From contig JBPOGH010000013.1 in NCBI GenBank assembly GCA_051252135.1, forward strand, positions 1 to 64,000: 64,000 nt of DNA, read 5' to 3'. The stretch comes from Verrucomicrobiaceae bacterium (lineage in GTDB: Bacteria > Verrucomicrobiota > Verrucomicrobiia > Verrucomicrobiales > Akkermansiaceae). How positions within the stretch are numbered: the first letter of the stretch is position 1; each line of letters opens with the position of its first letter. Of this stretch, positions 22,601 to 31,797 are shown piece after piece. Below the pieces are notes generated by a model. It was given only the letters and a program-made list of their open reading frames with translations. It did not search any database and was not told the origin of the DNA. The position numbers and the translations under genes are program-made.

Positions 22601-23051
22601 ACAGTCCACCGAGGACTTCGTCGATGGCATCAACAACATCGTCGAAACCCAAAAACGCATCGCCCAAGCCTACTTCACCGATGGCTGTGTCGACCTCGCC
22701 TGCCCCCCGCTCAAAGCCCTCCTCCACATCATGGTCGACGGCCACCACGAGGGAAACCCCATCACCTCTTCCGCCGTGCGTGACCTCTTCACCCGCGAAA
22801 ACCTCCTCGCCTCCGCCTGGTATCAAGCCCGCCTCGATGCCAAGGTCACCGTCGAAAAAAACCTCGCCGCCAAAAAAATTGCCGCCCTCCAGGACTTCCT
22901 CAAGCGCGCCTCCCACGAGACCGAACTCCACCGCCTTCACATCAACGAAAAGCTCGCCGCCGCAAAGGCCCGTAACGAGCATGTCGCCTCTCCCGCCTTC
23001 CGCGCCTCTCTCGTTGGCACCATCGGCACCGACCCGGCCCTCGTCGATTAA
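19608..23051 (+). CDS. Pyrophosphate-dependent phosphoenolpyruvate carboxykinase (PPi-PEPCK family)
   Basis: 1147 aa with DRRTT.[77 protein letters not shown]. Confidence 0.87.
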   Translation: [1147 protein letters not shown]

Positions 23052-23599
23052 GAGGCAAATTGCCGGTCGGATAAACCCCTCTCCATTCCGACCCCTGACG
23101 TCGCTTTCGCCGTGACTCGGGCCGGGAGAGGAGCCAGCCGCAACTCCTCTTCATATTGCTGGAACTCGGAAAGGGCAGAGCCGATCGCACGATGCTGCTT
23201 CTTAAGCTCAAAACGAACCTTCGGAAGTAGACCCCCGCCACACAACACATCCTCATACCGCTCCGCGAGACGTCCTGCCACCTGCACACATTCATCGACC
23301 AAATCGAGACTCGTCCCCGCAGCCAGCATCCCCCGGACACTAACCCAATAAAGGCGCAGTCTCCCGATCAACGACGGACGGGCCCGATAAGGGGCACCCA
23401 CATTGGAAGCCAAGCGCCTGAGATCGGAAGCCATCTCCTGATGACTCTCGGCATGGCGACGAAAAATTTTGGTCCACTCTTCGTCCGCCGATAGCCTCGC
23501 CGCACGTTCGAAGATCGCAATGGCGTCCTTGTTCTCACCGATGAGACGGGCAAGCGCATTAACAGGATCGTGTCGATGTTCAGGGTGAAGTCTGTCCAT
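23048..23599 (-). CDS. Divergent PA2169/DUF2383-like four-helix-bundle protein
   Basis: VNALARLIGENKDA...FERAA, R.SLIGRLRLYWVSVR, LVDEC; same pattern as 17933. Confidence 0.7.
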   Translation of the reverse strand: MDRLHPEHRHDPVNALARLIGENKDAIAIFERAARLSADEEWTKIFRRHAESHQEMASDLRRLASNVGAPYRARPSLIGRLRLYWVSVRGMLAAGTSLDLVDECVQVAGRLAERYEDVLCGGGLLPKVRFELKKQHRAIGSALSEFQQYEEELRLAPLPARVTAKATSGVGMERGLSDRQFAS

Positions 23600-23613
23600 A
23601 TCCCCTCTCTCTT

Positions 23614-23630
23614 CGCAAACTTCGAACCAA
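23614..23630 (-). promoter_or_regulatory. Candidate sigma54 (-24/-12) promoter
   Basis: Minus strand TTGGTTCGAAGTTTGCG = GG-N10-GC, just upstream of the ATG at 23599. Confidence 0.55.
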
Positions 23631-23780
23631 ACCTCAAAATTCCCTCAAACGCCCTGATGACAACGATTTCTCCGCCGAACCCCTCGCAACGAAGGAAGCT
23701 ACTTTGCCACTCCACATTGCAATTCGCCCACTTCCACCAACTTTTCGTCGACCAATCCCATTCATAGGCCAAGGTAAGGG

Positions 23781-25241
23781 GTGCACATCCTCCTCACCGG
23801 AGCCAACGGCTACATCGGCCTCCGACTCCTCCCCACCCTCCTCAATGCCGGGCATCGCGTCACCGCCGTCATCCGCTCGGAGGCCCGCTTCCCTTCAGCT
23901 CAGTTCCAACGCTTCCTCGACTCCGGAAAGCTCTCCCTCCTCACTGCCGACTTCCTCCAGGAACTTCCCCCTCCTCCGGAAAATATCGACGCCAGCTTCT
24001 ACCTCCTCCACTCCATGGGAGCAGGCGATGACTTCCACGAGCGCGAAACAAACTGTGCCCAAAACTTCCGCGACTGGATCTCCGGCGGCCGCATCATCTA
24101 CCTCAGCGGACTCATCCCCGCCGGCCCCCTTTCCCCGCACCTCGCCTCCCGCGAGCGTGTGAATGAAATTCTCCGCCAGGGCCCGCACCCCGTTACCACC
24201 CTCCGCGCCTCCATCATCGTTGGCTCCGGCTCCGCTTCCTTCGAGATCATCCGTGACCTCGCCGAAAAACTCCCCTTCATGATCACCCCCAGGTGGACCA
24301 ACACCCGCTGCCAACCCATCGCCATCCGGAATGTCATCGGCTACCTCACCGGTGTCCTCGATCATCCGGAAACTACCGGAAAAGATTTCGACATCGGCGG
24401 CCCCGACATCCTCACCTACCGCGACCTCCTCCTCGGATACGCCAAAGCCCGCGGCCTCAAACGCTTCATCATCCCCGTCCCCCTCCTCACCCCCAAGCTC
24501 TCCGCCCACTGGCTCTACGCCGTCACCGCCACCAGCTACCCGCTCGCCCGATCCCTCGTCCAATCCCTCGTAAACGAAACAATCTGCCGCAACAACTCCA
24601 TCACCCAACTCATCCCCCAGGACCTTCTCACTTACGCCGAATCAATCGAACAAGCCTTCGTCCGCATCGCCCAAAACCGCGTCCCCTCCTCGTGGTTCGA
24701 CTCCCTCGCCTCCGGAAATTTCGACCCCGATTTCCTCAACTCCGTCCAGGTCCCCGCCCACGGCGTTCTCACCGATTCACAGGAAGTCCCCCTCAAAGGC
24801 AACCCAAAGGATGTCGTTGATGCCGTCTGGTCCATCGGCGGCACCCGGGGCTGGCCCAATATGAACTGGGCCTGGAAACTTAGGGGCCACCTCGACCGCC
24901 TCACCGGAGGCATCGGACTCCGCCGTGGCCGCCGCCACCCCACCGAGCTCAACGCCGGCGACGCCCTCGACTTCTGGCGCGTCGTCCTCGCCGATCGCGA
25001 ATCAACCCCCGCCCGCCTCATCCTCACCGCCGAGATGAAACTCCCCGGCGAAGCCTGGCTCGAGTTCACCATCAGCGAAAAATCCCTCAAGCAAACCGCC
25101 ACCTTCCGCCCACGCGGACTCCTCGGCCGCCTCTATTGGTATTCCGTCCTTCCCCTCCACCTCATCCTCTTTCCCAAAATGGCAAAGAGACTCGCAGAAG
25201 GCACCGAACTCCCACCCACCCAGCCACCCACATCTCCATAA
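23781..25241 (+). CDS. YbjT-like NAD(P)-binding SDR oxidoreductase with DUF2867 domain
   Basis: ILLTGANGYIG, YLLHSM, LRASIIVGSGSASFE, DFWRV, AEMKLPGEAWLEF, GLLGRLYWY. Confidence 0.92.
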   Translation: MHILLTGANGYIGLRLLPTLLNAGHRVTAVIRSEARFPSAQFQRFLDSGKLSLLTADFLQELPPPPENIDASFYLLHSMGAGDDFHERETNCAQNFRDWISGGRIIYLSGLIPAGPLSPHLASRERVNEILRQGPHPVTTLRASIIVGSGSASFEIIRDLAEKLPFMITPRWTNTRCQPIAIRNVIGYLTGVLDHPETTGKDFDIGGPDILTYRDLLLGYAKARGLKRFIIPVPLLTPKLSAHWLYAVTATSYPLARSLVQSLVNETICRNNSITQLIPQDLLTYAESIEQAFVRIAQNRVPSSWFDSLASGNFDPDFLNSVQVPAHGVLTDSQEVPLKGNPKDVVDAVWSIGGTRGWPNMNWAWKLRGHLDRLTGGIGLRRGRRHPTELNAGDALDFWRVVLADRESTPARLILTAEMKLPGEAWLEFTISEKSLKQTATFRPRGLLGRLYWYSVLPLHLILFPKMAKRLAEGTELPPTQPPTSP

Positions 25242-25270
25242 AAAAACGACGCCCGGTCCCCCGGGCGCCG
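25240..25270 (-). terminator. Intrinsic terminator of the porin gene
   Basis: CGACGCCCGG-TCCC-CCGGGCGCCG with an adjacent A-run. Confidence 0.75.
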
Positions 25271-25299
25271 CATGTCATGAAGTGAACCCTGACAAAATC

Positions 25300-26589
25300 T
25301 TAGAAGAAGGCCCGGAAGCCAAACAACCCGGTAAACCCTTCGTAAACATCGTTTCCGTTGGATGAAATGGTGTCGTATTGCACCCCCGTCATCAACTTCG
25401 CGTTGTGACCGCAAAGGTAGTAATTCAGCCCGGCGTAAACACTGTGATGCTCGTCACCGCGACCACCATTCAGCATCCCCAATCCCTCCTTCACATCAGC
25501 ACGACGCGAGTAGCGTGAGTAAACCCGGATCCCCTGATCCTCATCGGAACCTTCATACTGATAGCGAAAAACCGCTTCCAGCTTGTCCTTCTGTAGCCAA
25601 ACAGTCGGCATCACCACCAATCCCCAGAAGTCTCCCTCCCGGGCCGGATTGACCTGATCCCCGTTGTTACCGTAGATCCCCTCGACCATCAGCTCCCAGG
25701 GACCACGACCATAGTTCATCGAGAGCGAGGTCGCCCACTCCACCCCGTCGGCCAGCACCTGATCACCCGCATCGACATCCTGATGGAAATAAGTCCACAG
25801 CACCTTGGACACATCCGCACCCGTGGAAGCACTGAAATCATATCCAAAATTCGAATAATAAAGCACCCCGTCATCCCAGGGAGCCAACCAGTCATCCTGC
25901 GTTGTCGAAAACGCACCCAACGTCCAGGCCAGATTGCCGTTCTGACCCTCCACCCAAACACCGGTCGGATTCGAGAACTCCGTATCATAGGCCCAAATCT
26001 TATTGGAAATCGCGGAGCGCTCCACCGTCTTGATATTCTTCGAGGAGGTATTCCACTCATTACTCATGTTCACCTCCCGGGCACCGTATCCGATCCCCAG
26101 CGCATCAAACCCCTCCAGACCAAAGGCGCTCTTCAGATTGAGAAGAGCATACAGATCATACATGTGCTGAAACTCAAACCCCTCCTCGCCGCCCGTCGGA
26201 CCGTCATCATCAAAGACAATTGCCTGCCCGCTCACCTTCAGGTGTTGGAATAACTTCGCACTCGACCCCAAATAAAATCGGCGCACCTCGTCGGTCTTGT
26301 AGCTGAAGTCCCGCGTTCCGTTCACCTTCCCGTCCACATAGCCCAACTGATACTGAAAACGACCGTTCACCTTGAACTCCTGAATCCATGGATTCGATTT
26401 GTCCGAATGAAGCGTTCCAATCCCCTGAAGAATCTCACACCAGCTTCCATTGTTTGGTTCACTGGCCGGCACCGGTGTCACCACCTCGCCCGCGTTACCC
26501 GTGGCCGCAACTCCCATAAAAAGGAGTGCGCTCAAACCACCTGACATCTTCTGGAAGATGGACCCATCTTCCCGTGCTTTTGATTGCAT
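25300..26589 (-). CDS. Outer-membrane beta-barrel porin (OprO/OprP-like)
   Basis: Amphipathic strands, GRFQYQ, RRFYLG, TSSKNIKTVERSAI, YAGLNYYLCGHNAKL, terminal Phe. Start uncertain. Confidence 0.82.
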   Translation of the reverse strand: MQSKAREDGSIFQKMSGGLSALLFMGVAATGNAGEVVTPVPASEPNNGSWCEILQGIGTLHSDKSNPWIQEFKVNGRFQYQLGYVDGKVNGTRDFSYKTDEVRRFYLGSSAKLFQHLKVSGQAIVFDDDGPTGGEEGFEFQHMYDLYALLNLKSAFGLEGFDALGIGYGAREVNMSNEWNTSSKNIKTVERSAISNKIWAYDTEFSNPTGVWVEGQNGNLAWTLGAFSTTQDDWLAPWDDGVLYYSNFGYDFSASTGADVSKVLWTYFHQDVDAGDQVLADGVEWATSLSMNYGRGPWELMVEGIYGNNGDQVNPAREGDFWGLVVMPTVWLQKDKLEAVFRYQYEGSDEDQGIRVYSRYSRRADVKEGLGMLNGGRGDEHHSVYAGLNYYLCGHNAKLMTGVQYDTISSNGNDVYEGFTGLFGFRAFF

Positions 26590-26695
26590 ACTATGGTCCC
26601 GCTCGATGACCGGACATCGGCACATCTCTACCAACGGGAACAATTTCCCTCAAGTCAAATCCTTTGGAACAGTTACCTTTTTACCTCCCCGCCCC

Positions 26696-27640
26696 TTACG
26701 GCGCCCCCTTCAACATCTTGAAAAGGTCGGACTCCGTCGAAAGAATCACCGTCGTATTTCCATCCAAAATATCATCATAAGCCTCCAGCGTTTTCACAAA
26801 CTTGTAGAACTCCTCACGCTCGGGCGTGCCGCCAAACGCCTCGGCATAAATCCGCGTCGACTCCGAATCAGCGGCACCCAGAATCGACTGCACATCCCGG
26901 TAAGCTTCCGACTCGATCTTTTTCACCTCGCGCTCCATCTGCCCCATGATCCGGGCCGCCTCACCGGCACCCTCGGAACGAAAGCGCTCGGCAATCTGCT
27001 GCCGCTCGGAAATCATCCGCTGATAAATCTGCGGAGCCACCTCGCGGTTGTAATTGATTCTCTTGAATCGCAAATCAAGCAAGTTGATCCCAAAGGTCTC
27101 AAGCTTCTCCCGAGCCGTCTCAAATACCCCATTCTCGATATATCGACGTCCTACCGTGATCGGCTCAAACTCAATCTCCTTCTCGGACTCCAGCCCCGTC
27201 GGAGTCGGAACCCGATCCTTCGTCGAACGGACAATCTCAATCAAATCATGCTTCGCCACCGCGTTCCGTGTCTCCGATCCCAGAATGTCATCCAAACGGG
27301 AAAGAGCACTCCGCTCATCGCGCAACTTCTGGAAATAAGCCAAGGGATCCGAAATCTCCCAACGCGCAAAGGTATCGACCTCGATGTAGGTCTTATCCCG
27401 TGTCGGCATCGGCGAGCTCACGCCATCCCAGGCCAGAACACGCTTCTCGATCACATTGACCTTCACAACAAAGGGCATCTTGAAGTGCAACCCCGCTTCG
27501 GAGATCGGTTCTCCCACCGGCTTTCCAAACTGGGTTAGAATCACTTGCTGGTCTTCACGCACAGTGTAAATGGCTCCCGAAAGCACCATCAGCACCACGA
27601 TAATGATGAGGACAAAAGAGGCGGATATTAGTTTTTTCAT
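26696..27640 (-). CDS. hflC: FtsH protease modulator HflC
   Basis: SPFH domain (QFGKPV..GLHFKMPF), RMISERQQIAERFRSEG, FYKFVKTLEAY; lies directly downstream of hflK. Confidence 0.94.
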   Translation of the reverse strand: MKKLISASFVLIIIVVLMVLSGAIYTVREDQQVILTQFGKPVGEPISEAGLHFKMPFVVKVNVIEKRVLAWDGVSSPMPTRDKTYIEVDTFARWEISDPLAYFQKLRDERSALSRLDDILGSETRNAVAKHDLIEIVRSTKDRVPTPTGLESEKEIEFEPITVGRRYIENGVFETAREKLETFGINLLDLRFKRINYNREVAPQIYQRMISERQQIAERFRSEGAGEAARIMGQMEREVKKIESEAYRDVQSILGAADSESTRIYAEAFGGTPEREEFYKFVKTLEAYDDILDGNTTVILSTESDLFKMLKGAP

Positions 27641-28629
27641 CGTTGGATTCCTTTCTGAAGAGCGTTGTTAAGATCGAGCAAAGGCAGCGGCTTGGAGGCA
27701 TCACCATCCATGATCACCTTGCTTTTAAGGCGGGGCATCACCTCTTGAATTTTCTCAAGATACAGTCGCTGCCGCGTGATTTGCGGAGCCTTTTGATAAG
27801 CATTAAAAAGCGCCAAAAATCGCTCGGCATCTCCAGTTGCCTCATTAATCCGCTGGGTCTTCGCCCCCTCCGCCGCACTGATCTTCTGATCCGCTTCACC
27901 CTCGGTCCTCGGAACCGCTTTATTGTAAAGTCCCTTCGCCACGTTGATCTGCTCGGACTTCTGCTGCTGCGCCCGGTTCACTTCGTTAAATGACGACTGC
28001 ACCGGCTGCGGCGGATTCACATTCTTCAGCTGAAGCTGATCAATCTGCAAACCAAGGCCATAGGAATCAACCAACTCTTGAAGCTTCACCAACGCATCGG
28101 TCTCAATCGACTGACGTCCAATCGTAATCACCTCATCCACCGTCCGGTCCCCCACCACTTCCCGCATCACGGACTCCGACGCATCACGCATCGTATCTTC
28201 GGGATCACGCACCCGGAAAAGATAGGCTTCGGGATCATTGATTCGATACTGCACCACCCACTCCACCAAAGCCGAGTTCTTGTCACCCGTGATCATCGAC
28301 TGCTCCGCCTTATGCTCCTGCGGCCGGGTCTGGAAACGATTGGTCGAACCATCGGTTCCAAAGCCAAATTCCATCTTCAATGTCCGCGCTACCGGAATAA
28401 TCTCCTTCTGCTCAATTCCATAGGGAATCTTAAAATGAAGACCGGATGTTGCCGTCCGCTCATACTTTCCAAAACGTAAGATTACCGCCTCCGAATCCGC
28501 CGGCACCGTAAAATAGGAGGTGAAAACGCCAATCAGGATGAAGAACGCCGGCACGAGATACTTCGCGCGCGACTTCACCTTGCGAAAGGCCTCACCCGCC
28601 TGTTCGGATGAAATGTCAATAGTTGCCAT
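27637..28629 (-). CDS. hflK: FtsH protease modulator HflK
   Basis: VILRFGKY..SGLHFKIP, MITGD.N, VNPPQPVQSSFNEV, AP.ITRQRLYLE. Confidence 0.94.
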   Translation of the reverse strand: MATIDISSEQAGEAFRKVKSRAKYLVPAFFILIGVFTSYFTVPADSEAVILRFGKYERTATSGLHFKIPYGIEQKEIIPVARTLKMEFGFGTDGSTNRFQTRPQEHKAEQSMITGDKNSALVEWVVQYRINDPEAYLFRVRDPEDTMRDASESVMREVVGDRTVDEVITIGRQSIETDALVKLQELVDSYGLGLQIDQLQLKNVNPPQPVQSSFNEVNRAQQQKSEQINVAKGLYNKAVPRTEGEADQKISAAEGAKTQRINEATGDAERFLALFNAYQKAPQITRQRLYLEKIQEVMPRLKSKVIMDGDASKPLPLLDLNNALQKGIQR

Positions 28630-28699
28630 AAGGCCATCCTCACCCCTGCCCCTCGGACCAGCAATGAGAATATCACGGCGATTTTATCACGCCGTAATC

Positions 28700-30628
28700 C
28701 TATGAGGCTGTCTCATCCGTAATTTCCGGCGCATCACCCTTTGTTTCCTCGTCTTCGGAACCAGCAGCCTCAACCGCAGGCTCCTCTCCGGAACCTCCTT
28801 CAGTCGATGGCACTTCGGAAACTTCCTTGGCCACCGGGGCTTCCGCCTCCGGAGCCACTTCAGCGGCCGGCACATCTGGGGATTTCTCCACATCCGGTGA
28901 TTCCACAGCACCGTCTTCAGACTTGGGGACAGCGGCCTCTTCCTTTGCGGGGTTTTGCGCCTTTGCCGTCTCCTTTGCCGCCTTCTTCTTGGATGACTTC
29001 TTCGCCGGAGCCTGCTGGACCTGATCACCGGATTTGGCCAAATGAAGGGAAGTATCCGAAAGAAGAATCACATGACCCTGATTGAGAAGCCAGTGAAGGT
29101 CATGATACCACCCACTCTTTGTCTCATCGTCCGTTCCTTCCGGCAGAAATTTTGCCCAGAGTTCCTTCAGGTTCTTACCCGAGTTCTCCTTCAAATATTC
29201 AATGATCGCCGCCGGACGCTCGGCCAGCTTCATATCATCCGAAACCGCATGCGGCCGTGATGGACCCACCTTCAGCTTCTTCTTCCACTTAAAGACCGCC
29301 ACATGACGACCTGAAAGCTGACGACACACAATCGGCATCAGATTCGCCGGATAACGCTTCTCCTCCATCACCGAAATCTTCAGAAGCGAGAGCAACCCCG
29401 GAGAAAGCAATTTCCCTTCGATATTGCCCAAGACCCAAGCCCGGTTCGTTTCCTCAAAAGCGTCCTTAAAATGATTCGCTACAAAATGCTGCTCAACTTC
29501 ACGCGACGTCTTGAACGCTGGCGCGCTATCATCGGAACCCTCCGATGCCTCAACTTCCGCCGGTTCCTCTTCGGAAACAACCTCCGCCTCTTCTCCTTCC
29601 GAAACCACTTCCGCGGATTCTTCTTCCACCGCTGCCTCCGCTTCCGCTTCCACCGCTGCCTCCGCTTCCGCTTCCACAGCAGCCTCGGCTTCCGCAGACA
29701 CCTCCTCGGCAGGAGCCTCTTCGGAGACCGGCACTTCTTCAGCTTGCGGCTCCTCTTCCTTCACCTCGGCATCAGACGGGTCCGCAATCTTCCACTGCGT
29801 CACCGTCTTCATGCTTTCAACCCAGGCTTCCACCGCCTCCTCACCTTGCTCCATCACAATACGTGATTTGAAACGCTCCAGCGACATGTTGGAAAAACGC
29901 TCACGATGCAACGCCGCCACATTCTGCTGATAGGCATGATGATTCGGAGGCCCCAAAAGTGTCCCGCTCATGCCGCACTTCGCCACCGATGAAAAACTTC
30001 CCTTCGGCGCTTCCCCTTCCACTTCGATCTCCGTGTAGAATTTCTTCCGCCACTCGGATTTCCACACGTGTCCCAGGGCTTCCTCCTTGGTCAGCCACAC
30101 CGAGCTATCTTCACGACAACGGAAAAATGGCTTCTCCTTGTTTTCAAAAATCACCCGGAATCGATCACGCCCCTGCAAAAGAACCTTCGCCAAATCAAAG
30201 ACCGAAAACGTCCGGCCCGTCTGCGTCACTTCCTTCGCAAGAAGATCCAGACTCTCTTCATTCGGCATGAAGCTCACCGAAAAACCTTCAGCGGGCTCCA
30301 CTTCCGGACGACGGTTCCGGTCATCCTGACGATCACGGCCACGTCCTCCTTGAAAATTACCACGTCCTCCACCTCTGCGATCTCCACCGCCTCCTCCACG
30401 TCGGTCTCCACCTCCACCGCCGCCTCGACGATCTCCATCGCGACCTCGACCTCCGCCTCCGCGACGGTCACGCGAATCGGGTCGATCACCACGATCTTTA
30501 TATTTCTTAAGGGACTTCGATTCCGCAGGATCCCGTGCCCAGGCAGGGCCGAAATTCAATCCGGACAGATCAAGAGCACCATCGCTCTCGGGGGTTTCAT
30601 GATCGTTACTCATTGTTGACTCCGCCAC
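28700..30628 (-). CDS. Hypothetical protein with RGG-rich N-terminal region and acidic disordered linkers
   Basis: 642-aa ORF co-oriented with hflKC; globular blocks separated by low-complexity segments. Confidence 0.8.
   Translation of the reverse strand: MAESTMSNDHETPESDGALDLSGLNFGPAWARDPAESKSLKKYKDRGDRPDSRDRRGGGGRGRDGDRRGGGGGGDRRGGGGGDRRGGGRGNFQGGRGRDRQDDRNRRPEVEPAEGFSVSFMPNEESLDLLAKEVTQTGRTFSVFDLAKVLLQGRDRFRVIFENKEKPFFRCREDSSVWLTKEEALGHVWKSEWRKKFYTEIEVEGEAPKGSFSSVAKCGMSGTLLGPPNHHAYQQNVAALHRERFSNMSLERFKSRIVMEQGEEAVEAWVESMKTVTQWKIADPSDAEVKEEEPQAEEVPVSEEAPAEEVSAEAEAAVEAEAEAAVEAEAEAAVEEESAEVVSEGEEAEVVSEEEPAEVEASEGSDDSAPAFKTSREVEQHFVANHFKDAFEETNRAWVLGNIEGKLLSPGLLSLLKISVMEEKRYPANLMPIVCRQLSGRHVAVFKWKKKLKVGPSRPHAVSDDMKLAERPAAIIEYLKENSGKNLKELWAKFLPEGTDDETKSGWYHDLHWLLNQGHVILLSDTSLHLAKSGDQVQQAPAKKSSKKKAAKETAKAQNPAKEEAAVPKSEDGAVESPDVEKSPDVPAAEVAPEAEAPVAKEVSEVPSTEGGSGEEPAVEAAGSEDEETKGDAPEITDETAS
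29624..29695. repeat. 24-bp coding tandem repeat, three copies (AEAEAAVE)
   Basis: TTCCACCGCTGCCTCCGCTTCCGC twice exactly plus one degenerate copy. Confidence 0.9.
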
Positions 30629-30672
30629 TCAACCACAACCAACGATTCATAGGAAGCATCCATCACCGCTTT

Positions 30673-31689
30673 TTATCCCATTGGATAGAGGAGGTCTTCA
30701 CTCACCTCATCGATCTTCGAAAGAGTATCCTCGTCCAAATGCAATCCCGCCGCTCGCAGAATGGGTGGCAACTGATCGGCCGAAGACACCCCAACAATCG
30801 TCGCCGCCACATAATCATGCTGCTTGCTCCACGCCGCCGCCAGAGTCGTCACATGAATCCCCGCCTCTTCCGCAATCTCCGCAAAGCGCCTTGTCGACTC
30901 CAGCGACTTCTCATTCACAAAGCGCATCGCCATCGCCTTCTGCCTCGGTCCTCCGCTTTCAAGATACTCCGAAAAACGAGCGCCCTTGGGAATCCCCTCA
31001 TTGTATTTCCCCGTCAGCACCCCACCCGCCAGCGGGCTGTAGGGCAGCAGGCTCACCTGCTCCCGCCGAAGACACTCCGCCAACTCATTCTCATCCCGCC
31101 GATTGTTCAGTGAGAAATTGTTCTGCACCGTATCAATCCGCTTATACCCCTTCAAATCGCTCGTCCAGAGACTCTTCATCACCCCATACGGGTTGTCGTT
31201 GCTCAATCCGATCGCCCGCACCTTGCCCTCCCGCACAAACTCATCAAGCACCTCCAGCGTATCCTCCGCCCGCATCCCGTGATCAGGCCAGTGGATTTGG
31301 TAAAGATCAACATAATCGGTCCTCAGTCGCCGCAAGCTCCCCTCCAGCGCCTTGCGCAAATGCACCCGGTCCAAGGCAGCCTTGCCATCACGAATCGGCG
31401 GACAAAACCACCCGTGCGCCGCTCCCGCGATCTTGGTCCCGATGATCATCGATTCCCTCGCACGGTTCGACAACCACCTCCCCACCCACTCCTCCGTCAG
31501 CCCCGCCAATTCCTCACTCGGCGGCACCGGATAAATCTCCGCCGTATCGAAAAAATCAATCCCCGACTCCACCGCTTCATCCATGATCCGCAAACTCTCC
31601 TCCTTATCCGCCTGGGTTCCAAAGGTCATCGTCCCCAACGCGATCTCACTCACCACAATCCCACTTGTCCCCAGACGTCTCTTTTCCAT
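30673..31689 (-). CDS. Aldo/keto reductase (Tas-like)
   Basis: LGTMTFG, FFDTAEIYP, SLRRLRTDYVDLYQIHWP, GKVRAIGLSN, YSPLAGGVLTGKY. Confidence 0.94.
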   Translation of the reverse strand: MEKRRLGTSGIVVSEIALGTMTFGTQADKEESLRIMDEAVESGIDFFDTAEIYPVPPSEELAGLTEEWVGRWLSNRARESMIIGTKIAGAAHGWFCPPIRDGKAALDRVHLRKALEGSLRRLRTDYVDLYQIHWPDHGMRAEDTLEVLDEFVREGKVRAIGLSNDNPYGVMKSLWTSDLKGYKRIDTVQNNFSLNNRRDENELAECLRREQVSLLPYSPLAGGVLTGKYNEGIPKGARFSEYLESGGPRQKAMAMRFVNEKSLESTRRFAEIAEEAGIHVTTLAAAWSKQHDYVAATIVGVSSADQLPPILRAAGLHLDEDTLSKIDEVSEDLLYPMG

Positions 31690-31797
31690 GCAAGCAACAC
31701 TTCCAACGCCAACCCAATTTGGCAAGCGCTCAGCACAGGAAACAACCCCCGCCATCCGTCCACGGCACTCTCACCGTGGACGTCCCGTCACCCGCCC

